The notes: a model not told the origin generated them from the letters alone. Numbered from the whole stretch's first letter, positions 37,332-50,341 are shown. The stretch is 63,139 nucleotides of DNA, filler included, from Choristocarpus tenellus KU-1152 (GCA_964200185.2; 10 parts of 10 records of this genome joined end to end with filler, not necessarily neighbours in it), one strand, 5' to 3'. Translations and numbers: made by a program.

Positions 37332-40300
37332 ATGGAGTCACCAGGGAGATGGGCACGGAGGGGTTTATTGGATTCTTGGGAGGCCTCCCTAGCTCCTTCC
37401 CGGGGCGCTGGAGTAGGTAGATTGGAAGCACAACAGGAAGGCAGTAGTACAATATTGATAGTGGTGAAGTAACAAATTAGTGTTTTTACATTTACAGTGT
37501 TTTATTGTCAATATCATGTTGCACTGGCTCTAACATGTAAGGAAATCTTCCAACTCCTCATCATTCTTGTGGATTTGAATATTTGTTGTGTTCAATTTCT
37601 GTGAGGTACATTTGTGTTGTAGGTAAGGTGACGACAATAATGCGGTCCAAGTACAGAGAGACACCGCGATTGAAGGTGGAAGTTAAGGTATCATTCATCA
37701 ATGGCCTGCCGTATGCCGTGCGAGCTTATCTGCTGACCGAGGCAAGGATAAGGGTTGTGTTAAATTTTGACCTCTGATGGAAAAACACTATCTGCAAGTT
37801 GTGGGAGTTGAGTTGTAGATACAACTTTACCTTTTCCTTCCTATCAGGTAATTGACCGTTCCTTCTTGGGAAACATGTCATATGTTGTCTTTCGTTGATG
37901 TGTATTATTGTCACTTTGCGATGCTCAACCGCCCCTCCTACCCCTGGTCACATTTTAACTGTGAAGGTAGTAAAGCACATCATGTTCGCTCGGGGGCAGC
38001 TGCCGATGCCCTTCAAACAGCTTGCCCAGGTGTGATATTGATTGTTACTGCTACCAGCTGATAACTCATTGCCTAACTACTTGAGGCCGAAAACAGTTCG
38101 CTTGGACGAGGCATCCTTGGATTCTTGCATTCTTGCAGATCGGTACTCAATCTCCTAATACAAAGCCTGTCCAGACAAATCCTTGCCTCGTGAATATGAG
38201 GTATATCAACATTGAGTTTACTGTTTGGGAACACTGTCAGGTGTGGTGACCTTGATCTTGGCATGTTATGGGCAAGATATTTACTGTATTTCCGTCTCCC
38301 TGGTTATTGTTTTGTGATCAGGGGAGGAACCACAACTCTAATCTACCTTCTCCCATATACTACCATATAGGACTACAGAAAGGCTCTGGGTTCCTATTGT
38401 GGTATTCTATATCCTCACTTCCCTTACAGCCGTGCAAAATAGCCCATCTTTGACCAAGTAACACATTTGAGAACTTCCTCGCTATTTTCCAGGTCTTGGA
38501 GGATCGAGAACATCAAGATCAACTCCGGGAAGAGGGGTTAGAGTATGCTGGAGGCAACCATTCAGGCAACAGGCAGAACAACAGAACCGAGCAGGCGAGA
38601 GGGTGCAGGCGAACCCGTGGCAAGCGTCTACTATCGAGTGTTGCTGGTGAGAATGGATAGGAGTGGGGGAGTATCTATCGACTTGGTGCATTACACTCAG
38701 GAAGGTGTTCTTGTTGACTCAATCGCTGCTGCTACCCAAACTCCTTGCAAAGAGCTCCTAGGGTCTTCTTTTCACTCCTAAATGCATCCCATCATTTGCT
38801 GCAGCACACCATTGTGCCGGTGGACGTTTTCATGCTATCCCCCTACCATCGCCCCTCCACGAATCAAACACATTTCCCGCCCCCCTGCCTTGACCTTTCT
38901 TTCTCCTGCATCTGCAAAAGCTCATCGGCGAGCTCGTAAGGCCCTGTGCACGATTTCTGAAGCGTCTATCTGCCTTGAGCATGCGTTCCAAGTGTCTTTG
39001 GAGGTAGGCCGACCAGTGGAACAGGCATTGATCCTCCTTGGCACATCCTACCTTTCTCCCAAAGAAATTTACTCAATTTCATTCCCCAGTGCGACTTCTG
39101 ATATCTCCTCTGCCTCAGCAGTGCGACCAGCTGCAAGTGTTTCTGGTTCCCCAGACACCTTGGAACATGTTAGTCGATCTCCAACTCCCGGGAATGCTGG
39201 TGTAGGAAAAGAATTAGGAGGTAGACCAAGAACCAAATTGGTCAAGGGAGATCCTTATGTAAGAAAGTTGGTGAGTGATGATGAGTTGAGAGTTTGTCCT
39301 CATTGAAAAATGCATTCAATCTCCTTGGGATTAATGTGTTAAGGATGCAGTGTTATTGTTCGTGTTACCATCACCTATTATACTTGTGTCCTTTTCTCTC
39401 AGGTCGTGTGATGTTGGTGGGTATCTGCATGTGTGTTCAGTTTTTATTGTGTCGATGTTTGGTGCAGTTTTGCAAGAATATATATATTGAAATGCAGAGC
39501 GCCATCTATCTTTAGCCACTGTCTCCGAGTGCAGAACCCCTGTTGCCATCTAAACACTGCAACCATAGCGACCCTTCACTTCTGAGCAATCTTGATTACC
39601 TAGTTCCAAAAATCAATCTCCTTTGCCCTCCAGAGTATAGTGTCATGGAGCGCAACTTCCCTCTTTCGCTCGACACATTCCGGTGCTGATTTTTCCGTCT
39701 GAATACTCCCTATCCTAACCCTGGCAGAGACAGGATCTAGTATCCTTTGCCACTGCCTGCCCCTGCTGTGTCTTTTCCTTCCCTCTCTATCGGTTCCTTC
39801 TATCTTTACCTTTGTCTTCTGTGATGTTGTCCATCCCCCCCCTCAAAAAAAAGTGAGAACATCAACTCCACACACATTGACGTAGGCATCTGATGGGTAG
39901 GGTGATCTTCCCTTCTCTTGTTCTTGTTCTGCAGAGGCACGCATTGTAGCAAGAGGAGTAAATACAAAAGTACTCAACAAAGATGATCTAGAGGAATCTG
40001 TTCTATTTCACAAGCACTAAAAACCTCAGAATCCCAAGTAGGCGCCATTAAGAGTTAGAAAAAAACAAAAAGACTTCACTTCAACATTTTGTGCTCTGAA
40101 TCAACCAGTCAACCTTTCCCTCTACTTTAAAAACTCATCAAACATCAGTACCCCCTCCCCTGCCCCCAATCATCCACTCCATATCATCTCACCCACCAAG
40201 CTGCATCTCTATGCCACTTGTTTGCAATGACAGATCCGGTCCATGGTTGGTGGCACATCTAGCATTTCCCTGCGGGGAATTGGACCATGCCGCATACATA

Positions 40301-40737
40301 TTTTTCTTCGCCTTCCCCCCCCTGCTACAGTTACACGTCCCCCTCCCCCTCCCCCACCAACTTCCTCATTTGTGAGTTTAGACAGAATGATTCCCACACA
40401 AGAAAACAATACAGATGACTCAGAGATGGAGGTTTCCCCCTCAATATCTTCTGAACCACCGCTACCTGTGGTGGCTTCAGTGCCCCACCTCCTCCCACAG
40501 CCTGGGTTTAGGGTTAGGGAGTCACGTTCTCATCCTGCACCACAAATATGCCTGACATTATTGGAAAGGGATGGAGGGGAAGTAGTGCCTGCACAGGGAA
40601 GTGGGGAGGGGAGGACTTCGCGAGAAGAGGAGCCCAGGCAGGGGGGGGGGGGGGGGGGGAGGGGGGGTAGGGTTTGGCATAGATTGGTTTGCCCAAGGGT
40701 AATGGGGCTCAAGGGCTGCGATGGGCTTGCCTCATGA
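37332..40737 (+). CDS. MAD2L1BP: p31comet / MAD2L1-binding HORMA protein; exons 37332-37416 (uncertain), 37623-37741, 37967-38029, 38493-38646, 38921-39270, 40234-40737
   Basis: The splice-consistent frame gives LLTE|VVKHIMFARGQLPMPFKQL (cf. ELLKHIMYQRQQLPLPYEQL), LILLGTSYLSPKEIY (cf. LILLGGNALSPKEFY), RKL|IRSM, LPQPGFRV and VWHRL..GLK. Alternative start ATG at 37640. Confidence 0.88.
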
Positions 40738-40799
40738 ACAGGGTGTTTTATGACTTGGATTGGTAGTTGTTGAGGTTTGATCAACTGAAGAAAAGTCAT

Positions 40800-43330
40800 T
40801 GATATAGGGCAGATGAAGGTTGAAAGTGACAGCCTCTTGTCAAAGAGTTGGTTGAATTAGGAAGATACTTGATGGATTGTAACATGGCTTCAGGTGTACT
40901 TGTTTTAGTCAAGTATTGGACGTATGGGCTGATGTAGAGCCAGCGAGGCATTTGGCTGCAGTGAGGGTAGCCTTGTCCATGGAGCACTGGTGTTCTTAAG
41001 GCGAACCTTTGGAGACTTTTGGCAGGATGATGGCCCTGTGTTATGTAACTCTTCAGTGTTTCTCCTTTTTTTTGTAGTATCCCTACTTTCAAGTTGCTTG
41101 AAGCGAGCTCTAGGACATAGCAATCGCATGTTGAATAGACCCATGCAAAAGGAGTGTGGATGAACTTCGTTGTATCTGTCTTGGCCAATCACAGACTGGC
41201 ATTGTTTGATCAATACCCACTGTCTCCTCAAGATATTTGCTTCTCCGAATGTAGGTGGAAGTGTGGGTTTTGGTCATGAGAGACAACTCCCATTTCTCCA
41301 GCCCAAGTTATTGGAGGGGTGATTTCGAGGACATACCACATACTGAAAGAAGCAAGTTGATTTTCAAATACTGCTTTTGCCTTATACTGATGTAGAACCA
41401 GTTTATCAATAGACCTAGACAATAAAAATGTGGTGCAAGGTTCATCTGTGATGGATCCCAAAAGAGGCAAACAAGAGGTCACGATACGATAAAATATCCT
41501 TCTGCAAGGCCTTTCAACCATTTGCAGCGCTTGACACCATGACACCCCTCTTGGGGAAACCCTAACCCTATTGACATAGCAAGAGAGAGAGAGAGAGTAT
41601 CATGAATATGAGAGGAAGAGTTGCCAAATCCAAGCTGCTACATCACAGCAAAAAGAGAGTTCTGTAGGAGGGCAACCTCCATTTGCGAGTTGTCTGGAAG
41701 CAACATGATGGCAGCTGTAACTCTGGGAAGGGCATTCTAACATGTAAGTGGATGAGGGTGTCATACATACAGACCTGGTTCAGGGTAGAAGAAAAATCTG
41801 GGGTGCGAGGATGTCAAATTTGGGAACCTTCCAGAACGTTCTGAGAACTGCCACACCAACCTTGCCGTGGTGATGCATGCAGCAAGCTAGGAGACATGCA
41901 ATCCATTCTTCATGAAGAATTTAAAGTATACTACACCAGACTCTGTTCCACTCCCTTGAGGCCTGTAATTGCTGGGAAGGACAAGCAAGTGATGCAAACT
42001 GGGTAATTTGATGCGTAAATAAAATAAATGACACACAGCTCCAGAAGCTACAGCCTTTTCAAAAACAAAGACAATTTCCCATAGTGAGGATGAGGATTGA
42101 AATAAATGAAATCTGCACAGTGGTAAGGAATCTCCTGTCCTCAACTAGCCTCACAGGCCTCAAGTCGCAGGTTATCCTTACAAAAGGGAATAGAGGAAGT
42201 ATATTTTATCCCCTCAAGCTAATATTATTATTCTGGGACCATCCAATCCAATCCAATCCATAGCACCCCCTCAGGCAGGCCAATATCATCCCACCCGTCT
42301 GCAGCAACAACCAGTAGGTGGAGTATTTCTTAACACCCACTGGTGAGGAGTGAGAAGGCATTTTTTTCAACAGCAACCAAGAGGCAACAAAAGGACTCCA
42401 TGATGAGGCATGTGGGTTTGTGCAAGTATGTCTAGTAGTCAGCATCACCCCCTCCGAACATGTCCATGCCTCCCCCCATGTCAACTTCCTCCTCCTCCTC
42501 CTCCTGTATAACATGCACACAACACATAAGCAGGCAGATACAATAGTTGATTAGTGCTACAATTTTTTTGGACAGAGTTGTCCAATGTTGGTCTGTCCTG
42601 TTTTGAAGTTTGACTATTGGTAGAGCAAGGTGGTAAAGGCAAAAGAAGTGTTATCCACAGAGCCTCAAAATGACAGTCATTCAAATGGAAGATCTCTTCA
42701 ACAGAAGAAAAATAGAGATGGATTTTAACATCATTCTTCATCTCACAAGAGGTGGTCAAGTCACCATGTTTGAGATTGACACCTGGGGCATTACTAGGAC
42801 CATAACCCCATCAAGTGCTTAAGACATAACTAGCCATATAGCTCTTACAGGTAGCTCAAAGACACAGGTTACCTCTAGTCAAGATGGAAAAAAATATATC
42901 AGACCACAAAGCCACAGTTCAAATGACAAAAAATATCAGACCTTCAGGGAAACTAATGCTTTGAATTATGGTAGATATACCAGGGGTGGGGTTAGGGTGG
43001 GTCTCTCTAGCTGCACGAGGAATTAATTGTCTGTATTGTTCAAGTTGCAACCTTTCAATGATCCAAACCTTGCCCTGCCTAGAAGCATCTACAAGCGTTG
43101 CCATGAAGTCTCTAAAACAAGCTGCAAGATCAAAGTGAGGGTTCAACATGTACATAACACACTGCTCACCACAACCCATCATTGGATGACAGGAACAGCT
43201 GACTGACCAATCAAAACATGCCATGAAGGCAAAAAACATACATCGAAAAGAAGTCCCTCTTCTTCTCAAGGATAAAGGGGTAGGTGAGGCGGGTTTTCTC
43301 CATTTAGTCTTCCACATCCGCATATGGTCT
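40800..43330 (-). mobile_element. Decayed LINE ORF2 relic
   Basis: RETHP (APE-like) ~43000, SNYRP ~41965, LFAVM*QLGFG ~41630 and GFPQ ~41555 appear in the expected order; heavily disrupted. Confidence 0.35.
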
Positions 43331-43738
43331 TACATCAGATGTCATCATCAGACTTTGACATCAACATTACCCTTGAGAGGCTGCCTCAGCAAAAAAAAAT
43401 GCTTTCTGTGAGTGCCTACATATTTTCTTGCGTTTTCATGTTTCAAGAGTGGGAAGGCGTGTTGTTCATACATCTGCAACTAGATATCACAACAAAGAAT
43501 CACACTGTATTGTACACACGCCTCTACACACACTAAAGCATCTACTCTGTGCATCCTAAAGTTGAGCACCATACCCAGCTGTACAGGAAGGACGTATCTC
43601 TTTTCACCATTTGCTCTTGACACAGAGTCTCCTCATCAGCACTCCCAGCTATTCCGAAACATGGATTAAAAAAATGAGGTCGCGTCCTACCCACTCTTTA
43701 ACCCTAACCCTGAACAGAACACAGCCTACAATATTGAA

Positions 43739-43770
<32 letters not shown>
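43739..43770. repeat. (AAT)n microsatellite
   Basis: Direct run of AAT. Confidence 0.95.
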
Positions 43771-43771
<1 letters not shown>

Positions 43772-44275
43772 GGGGAATAGCACCGCAGATTACCTGAACC
43801 CCCATGCACCACCACACAACACACAAACAACAACACACCTCCTGTCTCTTGACCTACCCATCTACTGGCATAGGTATCAGTGTTGTCTAAAGAACCCATC
43901 TTTCCCCACCTTCTCATCCTGGTACAAGCAATCATAAACAGAGCCACACACACTCCACTCTGCACATCCCACATTGCACCCCCCTATCAGCATTTTCTAT
44001 ACTTTACTTACACCATGTAAAACAAACATGCCTTCAAAAACAAAGACATCTCTGCAATGCACATCAATAACAAGGAATCACCTTACCTCTACAAAACCTG
44101 CTACGCATCAACCACCACCTTCAATACAACACATGAAAGGAAAGGGAACCAGGCATGAACACACCTCCTTCTTCTNNNNNNNNNNNNNNNNNNNNNNNNN
44201 NNNNNNNNNNNNNNNNNNNTTAATTAATTAANNNNNNNNNNNNNNNNNNNNNNNNNNNNNNNNNNNNNNNNNNNN

Positions 44276-44522
44276 TAGAGGGTACGAGTTTTGACCTGTT
44301 TGTCCATTTGGGGCTTGGCTTCCCATGGGTTCTTTTATGACGTTTTCATACTTCAAAATGTTTTGGAGTAGGTAAAATATATATTTGTTATGGAAAGGTG
44401 TGTCCGAAACATAGATATTGGCACTTCCTAACAAACACCATAGCCAAAATTACATAAAAAGATCAACATTGGATTTTGACCCCCAAATGGACGCGGCGCT
44501 ACCCTCTAAGATACTTTGGGTC
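44276..44522. mobile_element. Family A MITE, left end cut by the contig edge
   Basis: TAGAGGGTACGAGTTTT... CCCTCTAAGATACTTTGGGTC. Confidence 0.88.
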
Positions 44523-45970
44523 AAGTCAGACATTTTTCAAGTATGTAGGTAAGAAATAAAGTGTGTGCAAGCTGGATTCATGCTGATTGTACCTATCCCA
44601 AGCACTCTGAATAAACATGTATTATGCTATGTCGTGTATGATATCCATCCATTTAGAACTCTCAACTCGAGCAAATCCACAAAATATCCTCCCTCAATCC
44701 CCCTAGGTTTGTGTATGGGGATTGTTTTCCCTCTTCCCCTCACCACCTATCATGTATGTAGCGATTACTTTCACAAACTTGCCGAGAGAACTAAGCAACA
44801 AGGAAGGGCTACAGGTGCTGAGGGGACCGACTCACATAATTTTGTACACACACATCCTTGCCATCTACAAGCAAGCAAAGAGAGTATATCAGCGAAGAAC
44901 CACCAGAACAAAAATATGGCACATGAAACACTCAAGAAACCAACGTGCACAGCACATTGTGCCCACCAGGCAGGAGGAACTGCTGTGCACCTTTTCTGAT
45001 GTTTTGAACTGTAGATATTTCACACCCTTCTTTCTGGTTAGATAAACAAAACAATGAAGAAAAATAACATACACACACAGACAAGGATACATGATCTTCC
45101 TCTTAGAAGCTGCTGCTGTGGAGGAGCTCTCCACATGAGCGTTTGAACAGGGAGGGAAATGGGCGGTCATAGAAATCACTACTTAATATTACGCGGTATG
45201 CACACAAGTAACTACACCTTTGGCAGCAGGGAATCACCAACACAATCCTCAACCTTTTTCTTAAATGCTGAGAACATGTGAGAACCAAACTGCAACAAGA
45301 ACACGACACTACAAAAAAAACGAGGGATTGTGGTAGGAGACAGGTACAAAAGGGACCAGAAGAAGGCTCTACTATACTACAAGAGCTCTAACAAATACAT
45401 TCAACCAAGTAGTCCTCACAACATCGTGAACTGACGACCTGTGCAAACACTTGTAGCCTTTCCAGCACACCAATCAGCAGAGTGTCTATTTCTGATACCA
45501 ATCTGCAAGAAAGATGGTACTGATATCAGGCACTTCGAGGTGGCTAATCTGACAATCGCATCCCTTGATTAAAAAAAAAATCAATGTCAAGATGGATTCA
45601 CACACACTTTCACCAAAAAACCACCCACAGAAAAATGAGGCCCCCTCCCTTACCCGCCCCCCATCTCCACAAAATGATAAAATTGAAAACCTTCTGCAAG
45701 TACTGCAATAGTGTGTTGTGAGTTTGATGGCGCTCCTTCAGTCTGAAGTCTACATATGAGAACCACAAACAATCTGCATGGTCACTAACGACCTGATGAG
45801 TTTGATGGTGGCACTTCTCTACGTCCCACTCTATACTAGTCCCCAGGATGACCTACTACTATACAGTAAGATGGCTCAGGGTTTCCCTTGCTCCACTCCT
45901 CTTAAGGGTGGACAAAACGGTGGGTAGGTCTTCCATGCCCTCATACGGTCACACAAATATCTTTACCTTC

Positions 45971-46129
45971 CTACTGGAGGCCAAACCCTTCTGACTGCTC
46001 AATGGCCACATTGAGCCTGTTCGCCAGCCTTTCCTTGGTGGAGTAGCAGGGCAGTAAGAGTTGGTTGAAGCACGTGTGGGCTGTGGGGAGTCGATCAGAG
46101 TCGTCCCCATTCTTGCTGATTACCAGGGC
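45971..46129 (-). CDS. Terminal exon of a HECT E3 ubiquitin ligase
   Basis: After an AG acceptor: [52 protein letters not shown], with catalytic AHTCFN and terminal GFGL. Upstream exons not located. Confidence 0.9.
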   Translation of the reverse strand, partial: ALVISKNGDDSDRLPTAHTCFNQLLLPCYSTKERLANRLNVAIEQSEGFGLQ

Positions 46130-46957
46130 CTTGGCAGAAAGGCACACACACACACACACACACACACGGAGCATGAAGGGTACAGAAGTACATAAAAAGT
46201 CAAAGATGCTTTGGGGGGAAAGGGGGGTGGTACAGCTGTTCAAAATAGTTGCAATCTATAATTATAGAGGCATGTCATGGCACAGTAGTTTATAAAAAAA
46301 TCTTGTTTGGGCATATATTCACATCTTCGCATGTCCTGTGAGATTAAAATTAACCATTATCTGTGTCCTATTATTATCATTATCATTATTACTATCTTCA
46401 CTTTCGTCCAGGGACAAGCCTGATCCATGGTCAGATGCACAAGGCAATACACTGCTCCTCATACTGCATTTCACGTTTCTGCAATATACTAACACTACAT
46501 AATAGCTATTGCACGACCACAAACAAACTGCATCATCTTGTGCATGCCTTGCTTCTTAAGCAGTGGAACAATACACGCAGAAATCACACAGAAAGGACGG
46601 TTTCGGACACCAATGCAAGCAAGTAACCTGTGCCACTTCCGCCTCAACAAGTCAAGACAATGAAAAATGGTTTAGGCACCTAACAAAAACGCAATAGACT
46701 TAGTTGGAAGCAAATCTCTTCAACAAAGCTTCGACAACAGCGGTCACATCACCACCTAATATAACCACCGATACACTATAAGCCAAGATAATCTGTTACA
46801 CGTGTTGCATAAATCCTCTGTTCAGAATTAAATGCAACATAACTTTTGCTGCCCTGACGAAGAAGCAAGTTTTTTTTTTCACATATTCACATTTTATGGG
46901 TGTATTGTGCAGACATTAAAAGGTTGCCCACAAAAATATCAACCAAAATGGGGCAGT

Positions 46958-47760
46958 CTACACGTATCTATGATTCCGGTCCCGAAGACCCTCAAAACTC
47001 CATTCCAGTACAGTATCTCGCTGCAACCACCAGGGCATTTGGGGGGACCTTACTCGCCTTCTCAACCTTTTCCTTGCTAAGATGAGGAATTTTGAAGACC
47101 TTGACACCCTCGGACCCCAGCACTTCACCGTATGTAGACTGCGAAGAGGCTCTGCCAGATGCACTCTAGTGTCTCCGGGGTACATGTTGAACACCTCCAT
47201 TTTGACCTTCACCAGCTCCTCTGTGTTGGTTACCCCCACTTCTTCCTTCAGTTGCTGGATGGAATGAAAGAATCCCAGGTCACTGATGTTGAAGCCAGGT
47301 GAGTTAGCTGACTGAGTCTCCGTGACAATGTTGTTCCCCGCCACCTCCTCAATTGCCTCCATGACCCCCCCCTTGATGTGTGGCTTTGCCCCATCCTGCT
47401 GCACGAAGATGGTGTGTCCTTCTGGCCTAGGCATGTGGGTCTTGATTGCCGGGATGACATCCTCAATCATGAGCTTCTTAAACCTCTCCCTGTCCACCGT
47501 GGCTGGCACAAGTACCTTGATGCCCTTGGTGCAGTGTTTTTGTTGGAGCGCTGAGCGACCTTGGTATCCACAATTAGCCAGATCCCGATTTTCCCATCGA
47601 ACCACACCACCACACACAGTTGGAGAGTTTCCTAGGGCAAGCCACAGCTGAAAGGGACATCACCTTCGTAATGTAACAACTATTCTGTGCCCATGGGGGG
47701 TTGGGGAGGGCCCTCAGTGGGGTGCAGGTACACACCCTGGCCATCTCTTTTGGCCAGATC
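46958..47760 (-). mobile_element. Mariner-type transposase relic (C-terminal catalytic part)
   Basis: TVDRERFKKLMIEDVIPAIK...IFVQQDGAKPH...QSANSPGFNISDLGFFHSIQ. Confidence 0.85.
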
Positions 47761-47889
47761 TCGTTGTACCCACATACTATAATCCTTTACATAGGTTGTC
47801 CATCTAATTTAGACAAATGGTGTTTGTGTCATTTTGTCATAGATGGGTATAGTCTATCGTTTTGTGAAGTGATGAGATAACTGGTAACA

Positions 47890-48136
47890 GATGCCAGTTA
47901 ACCTGTTCACGTCCAGCTCGGACTTGGCATCTCGTGTTTACCAGGTTTATCAATCCTTGCAAATAAACTATACATAAATGTTGGTGGATTAGATTTATTA
48001 ATATACAATTAATTTTATCTCTAAACTCTCCTCGTTTGCATGAGTGGACATATGCGTTGGTGAAGAGACCGTATCACCGGGCACATTATATTAGCTCGTG
48101 TATGCTAAAGGTGGCTGTTCATTACATCATGTCATG
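47890..48136. repeat. Second, internally deleted copy of the 21980-22990 (Polinton-like) sequence
   Basis: Matches 21980-22136 (AACTCTCCTCGTTTGC), then directly 22903-22985 (GGTGAAGAGAC...GGTGGCTGTTCATTACATCATGT). Confidence 0.8.
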
Positions 48137-48236
48137 NNNNNNNNNNNNNNNNNNNNNNNNNNNNNNNNNNNNNNNNNNNNTTAATTAATTAANNNNNNNN
48201 NNNNNNNNNNNNNNNNNNNNNNNNNNNNNNNNNNNN

Positions 48237-48370
48237 ATGGAGCTTTTTATTGAGGATGGACTTGACCCAAAATTGACTGGGATAAAGTGCTGATATGTAG
48301 TTTTTTTGTATTGTACTCAAGACCAGTCAATTTTGGGTCAAGTCCATCCTCAATAAAAAGCTCCATCCTC
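48237..48370. mobile_element. Perfect 44-bp inverted repeat with 42-bp spacer (small MITE/hairpin)
   Basis: 48237-48280 is the exact reverse complement of 48323-48366; the right end continues ...CCTC. Confidence 0.88.
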
Positions 48371-49069
48371 AATTTTTGAAATCGGCTGTTTACTACCAAG
48401 TACTCGTAGTTTATGTCGAGCTTGTACGGAACAATAGTAGGTGCATCACCACAAACCACTTGCATCGTTCCTGGCATGAAAAATTCTCACATCCAGCAAA
48501 AAGACGGAACGTATCCGGAGGGGTGACTTTAGCTGTGACATTCTCCAGGTGAGATATCGTTACAGGAGTGGTATCGTTAGCAGTAATGGTGACTGTTGGT
48601 CCATGAAACCGCGGCCATTTTACTCGTCCACGTACTTGGTATGCCGGAGTATTTGACAAGCCTCTTTTTCTGGGGTGGCTGTGTAAAACACAGGGTGCCA
48701 TTCAGAACAGTACCAAGACCTCCTCCTTGGTGCGTGCGTGTGTCATGTACGTGAAGTTGAACACTAGATCGGAACGAGAAAGTCTTCTTGAAACAGGGTG
48801 GGTGGTAGAAAGGGTTTCCACTGTGGTATACAATGTAAGCCCGAATTGTGCCAGGTAAAACCATGTCTTCCTGATACTAACCAAAGAGTGAGGCAAGGAC
48901 AACGTATTTCTTCACACCATTGACGGAACTCTTAGGTTACCCTTGAAGTGCTGCGGCACTTGTTGTGGAGCTCGTACCGTATGACTCCGGAATGTCATCA
49001 AGACCCAGTTGCACTTGACAAGTACTCTAATATATGTTGGACAAGGTTGAATAATGACAATAACGTGTG

Positions 49070-49477
49070 AAATTATGATTACCGCGTATTAACAGTAGTT
49101 CCAAGTTCGAAGTACGTAGTAATAATCAAGACTCGATTGCACTGAGAAACATCGAGAAGATGAAGTAATGATAATAGTGTGTGGAATGATGATTACCGTA
49201 TATATCAAGCGAAGTTCGAAGTACGTCGAGATAAAGAAATAGGTTGATATTTTGGTATTGATTGAAAGGGAAATAATGTGAAATATAAAGGCCACACACC
49301 ACACGTAGAGTAGCGATTCATGTAATAATAATAATGTGTAGAATGATGATTACCGTATATCAACAGGATTTCGAAGTACGTCGTCGTGGTAAAGATATAT
49401 GTAGGTATTTTGGTACTGGTTAAAAGGGAAAATATATAGTATGAGGGCCACACACACCACACGTAGAGTATCGATTC
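49070..49477. repeat. Imperfect tandem repeat, ~155-bp unit, two copies plus a partial third
   Basis: GAATGATGATTACCGTATAT..TTCGAAGTACGTCG..TTTTGGTA..GGCCACACA..CACGTAGAGTA.CGATTC at ~49183 and ~49340. Confidence 0.85.
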
Positions 49478-49550
49478 GATCCGTACACAAAAAGTGGTGC
49501 ACACGAAGTTAGACGCATTCACCGTCATCCGCATTCACCAGCATCCGTAT

Positions 49551-49624
49551 ACCGAAGGTGGGGCTCAAACCCACGACCGTACGATTAAAAGTCGTACGCT
49601 CAACCGACTGAGCTATACCCCGGC
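49551..49624 (-). tRNA. tRNA-Lys(UUU), probable pseudogene
   Basis: GCCGGGG TATA GCTCAGTCGGTTGAGC G TACGA CTTTTAA TCGTA CGGTC GTGGG TTTGAGC CCCAC CTTCGGT: full cloverleaf with an extra TA at positions 8-9 and TTT in place of TTC in the T-loop. Confidence 0.85.
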
Positions 49625-50341
49625 ATGCCAATAAATAAACAGAAAGTCAACATCTACCCATGTCTTCCTTCGCGTACAAAAACCCTCTGTCCCTGTTACC
49701 CCCTGTGCTGTTACTTAAATACCATAAATACTATGTATGATAACAACAGACAACGCTGCCTCCTACATCCAACAACTACCACGATAATATCACTGTTCTG
49801 CGTGGAGCTGCACCTAGATTACCTACATCGTATAAAGGAGCGGCCCTACTTTATGGACTGGAATTGTATCCAGTGGGCTGAGCGATATTTCTCACTGGTC
49901 TGCCACCGCGATCACTACAATCCCCCCCCGCCCCCATCAACACAAACACACACACACACACACACACACGTGCATGCACCAAGACAAAGCTGGAGAGGCC
50001 TAGGAAATAAGAAGTATAGCTGGACACAAGGGCCACAACTTTGGACTTGCACAACCAAAAATGTCTCGTGTGTGTGTGTGTGTAGGTGTAGGTGTAAGTG
50101 TACGTGTAGGTGTAGAGAGAGGGGGGGGGGGTAGGGAGGGGGGAGACAGAAGTACTGAGTACTTCAAAGCGCGGCTGTAAATGTCGAATGAGTTAGGTCA
50201 GTGGGACTTGATATACAACAGTATTATCGATATATGGGAGAAAACAAGGCTTGCATGTGCAGGCTCAGTGTACAACCATGTGCATGTTGTTTTCATTACC
50301 GGTCCTTGTACAGCAGGAACCCAATTTTTTTCATAAGTTCC

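Noticed and set aside
40508-40519. TTAGGGTTAGGG as a telomeric scar
   Set aside because: It encodes part of PGFRVR, which aligns with the conserved p31comet P..(Y/F)RV motif.
1175-46129. MYB3R, p31comet and HECT ligase as a mitotic gene cluster
   Set aside because: They lie on different contigs joined artificially, so there is no evidence of linkage.
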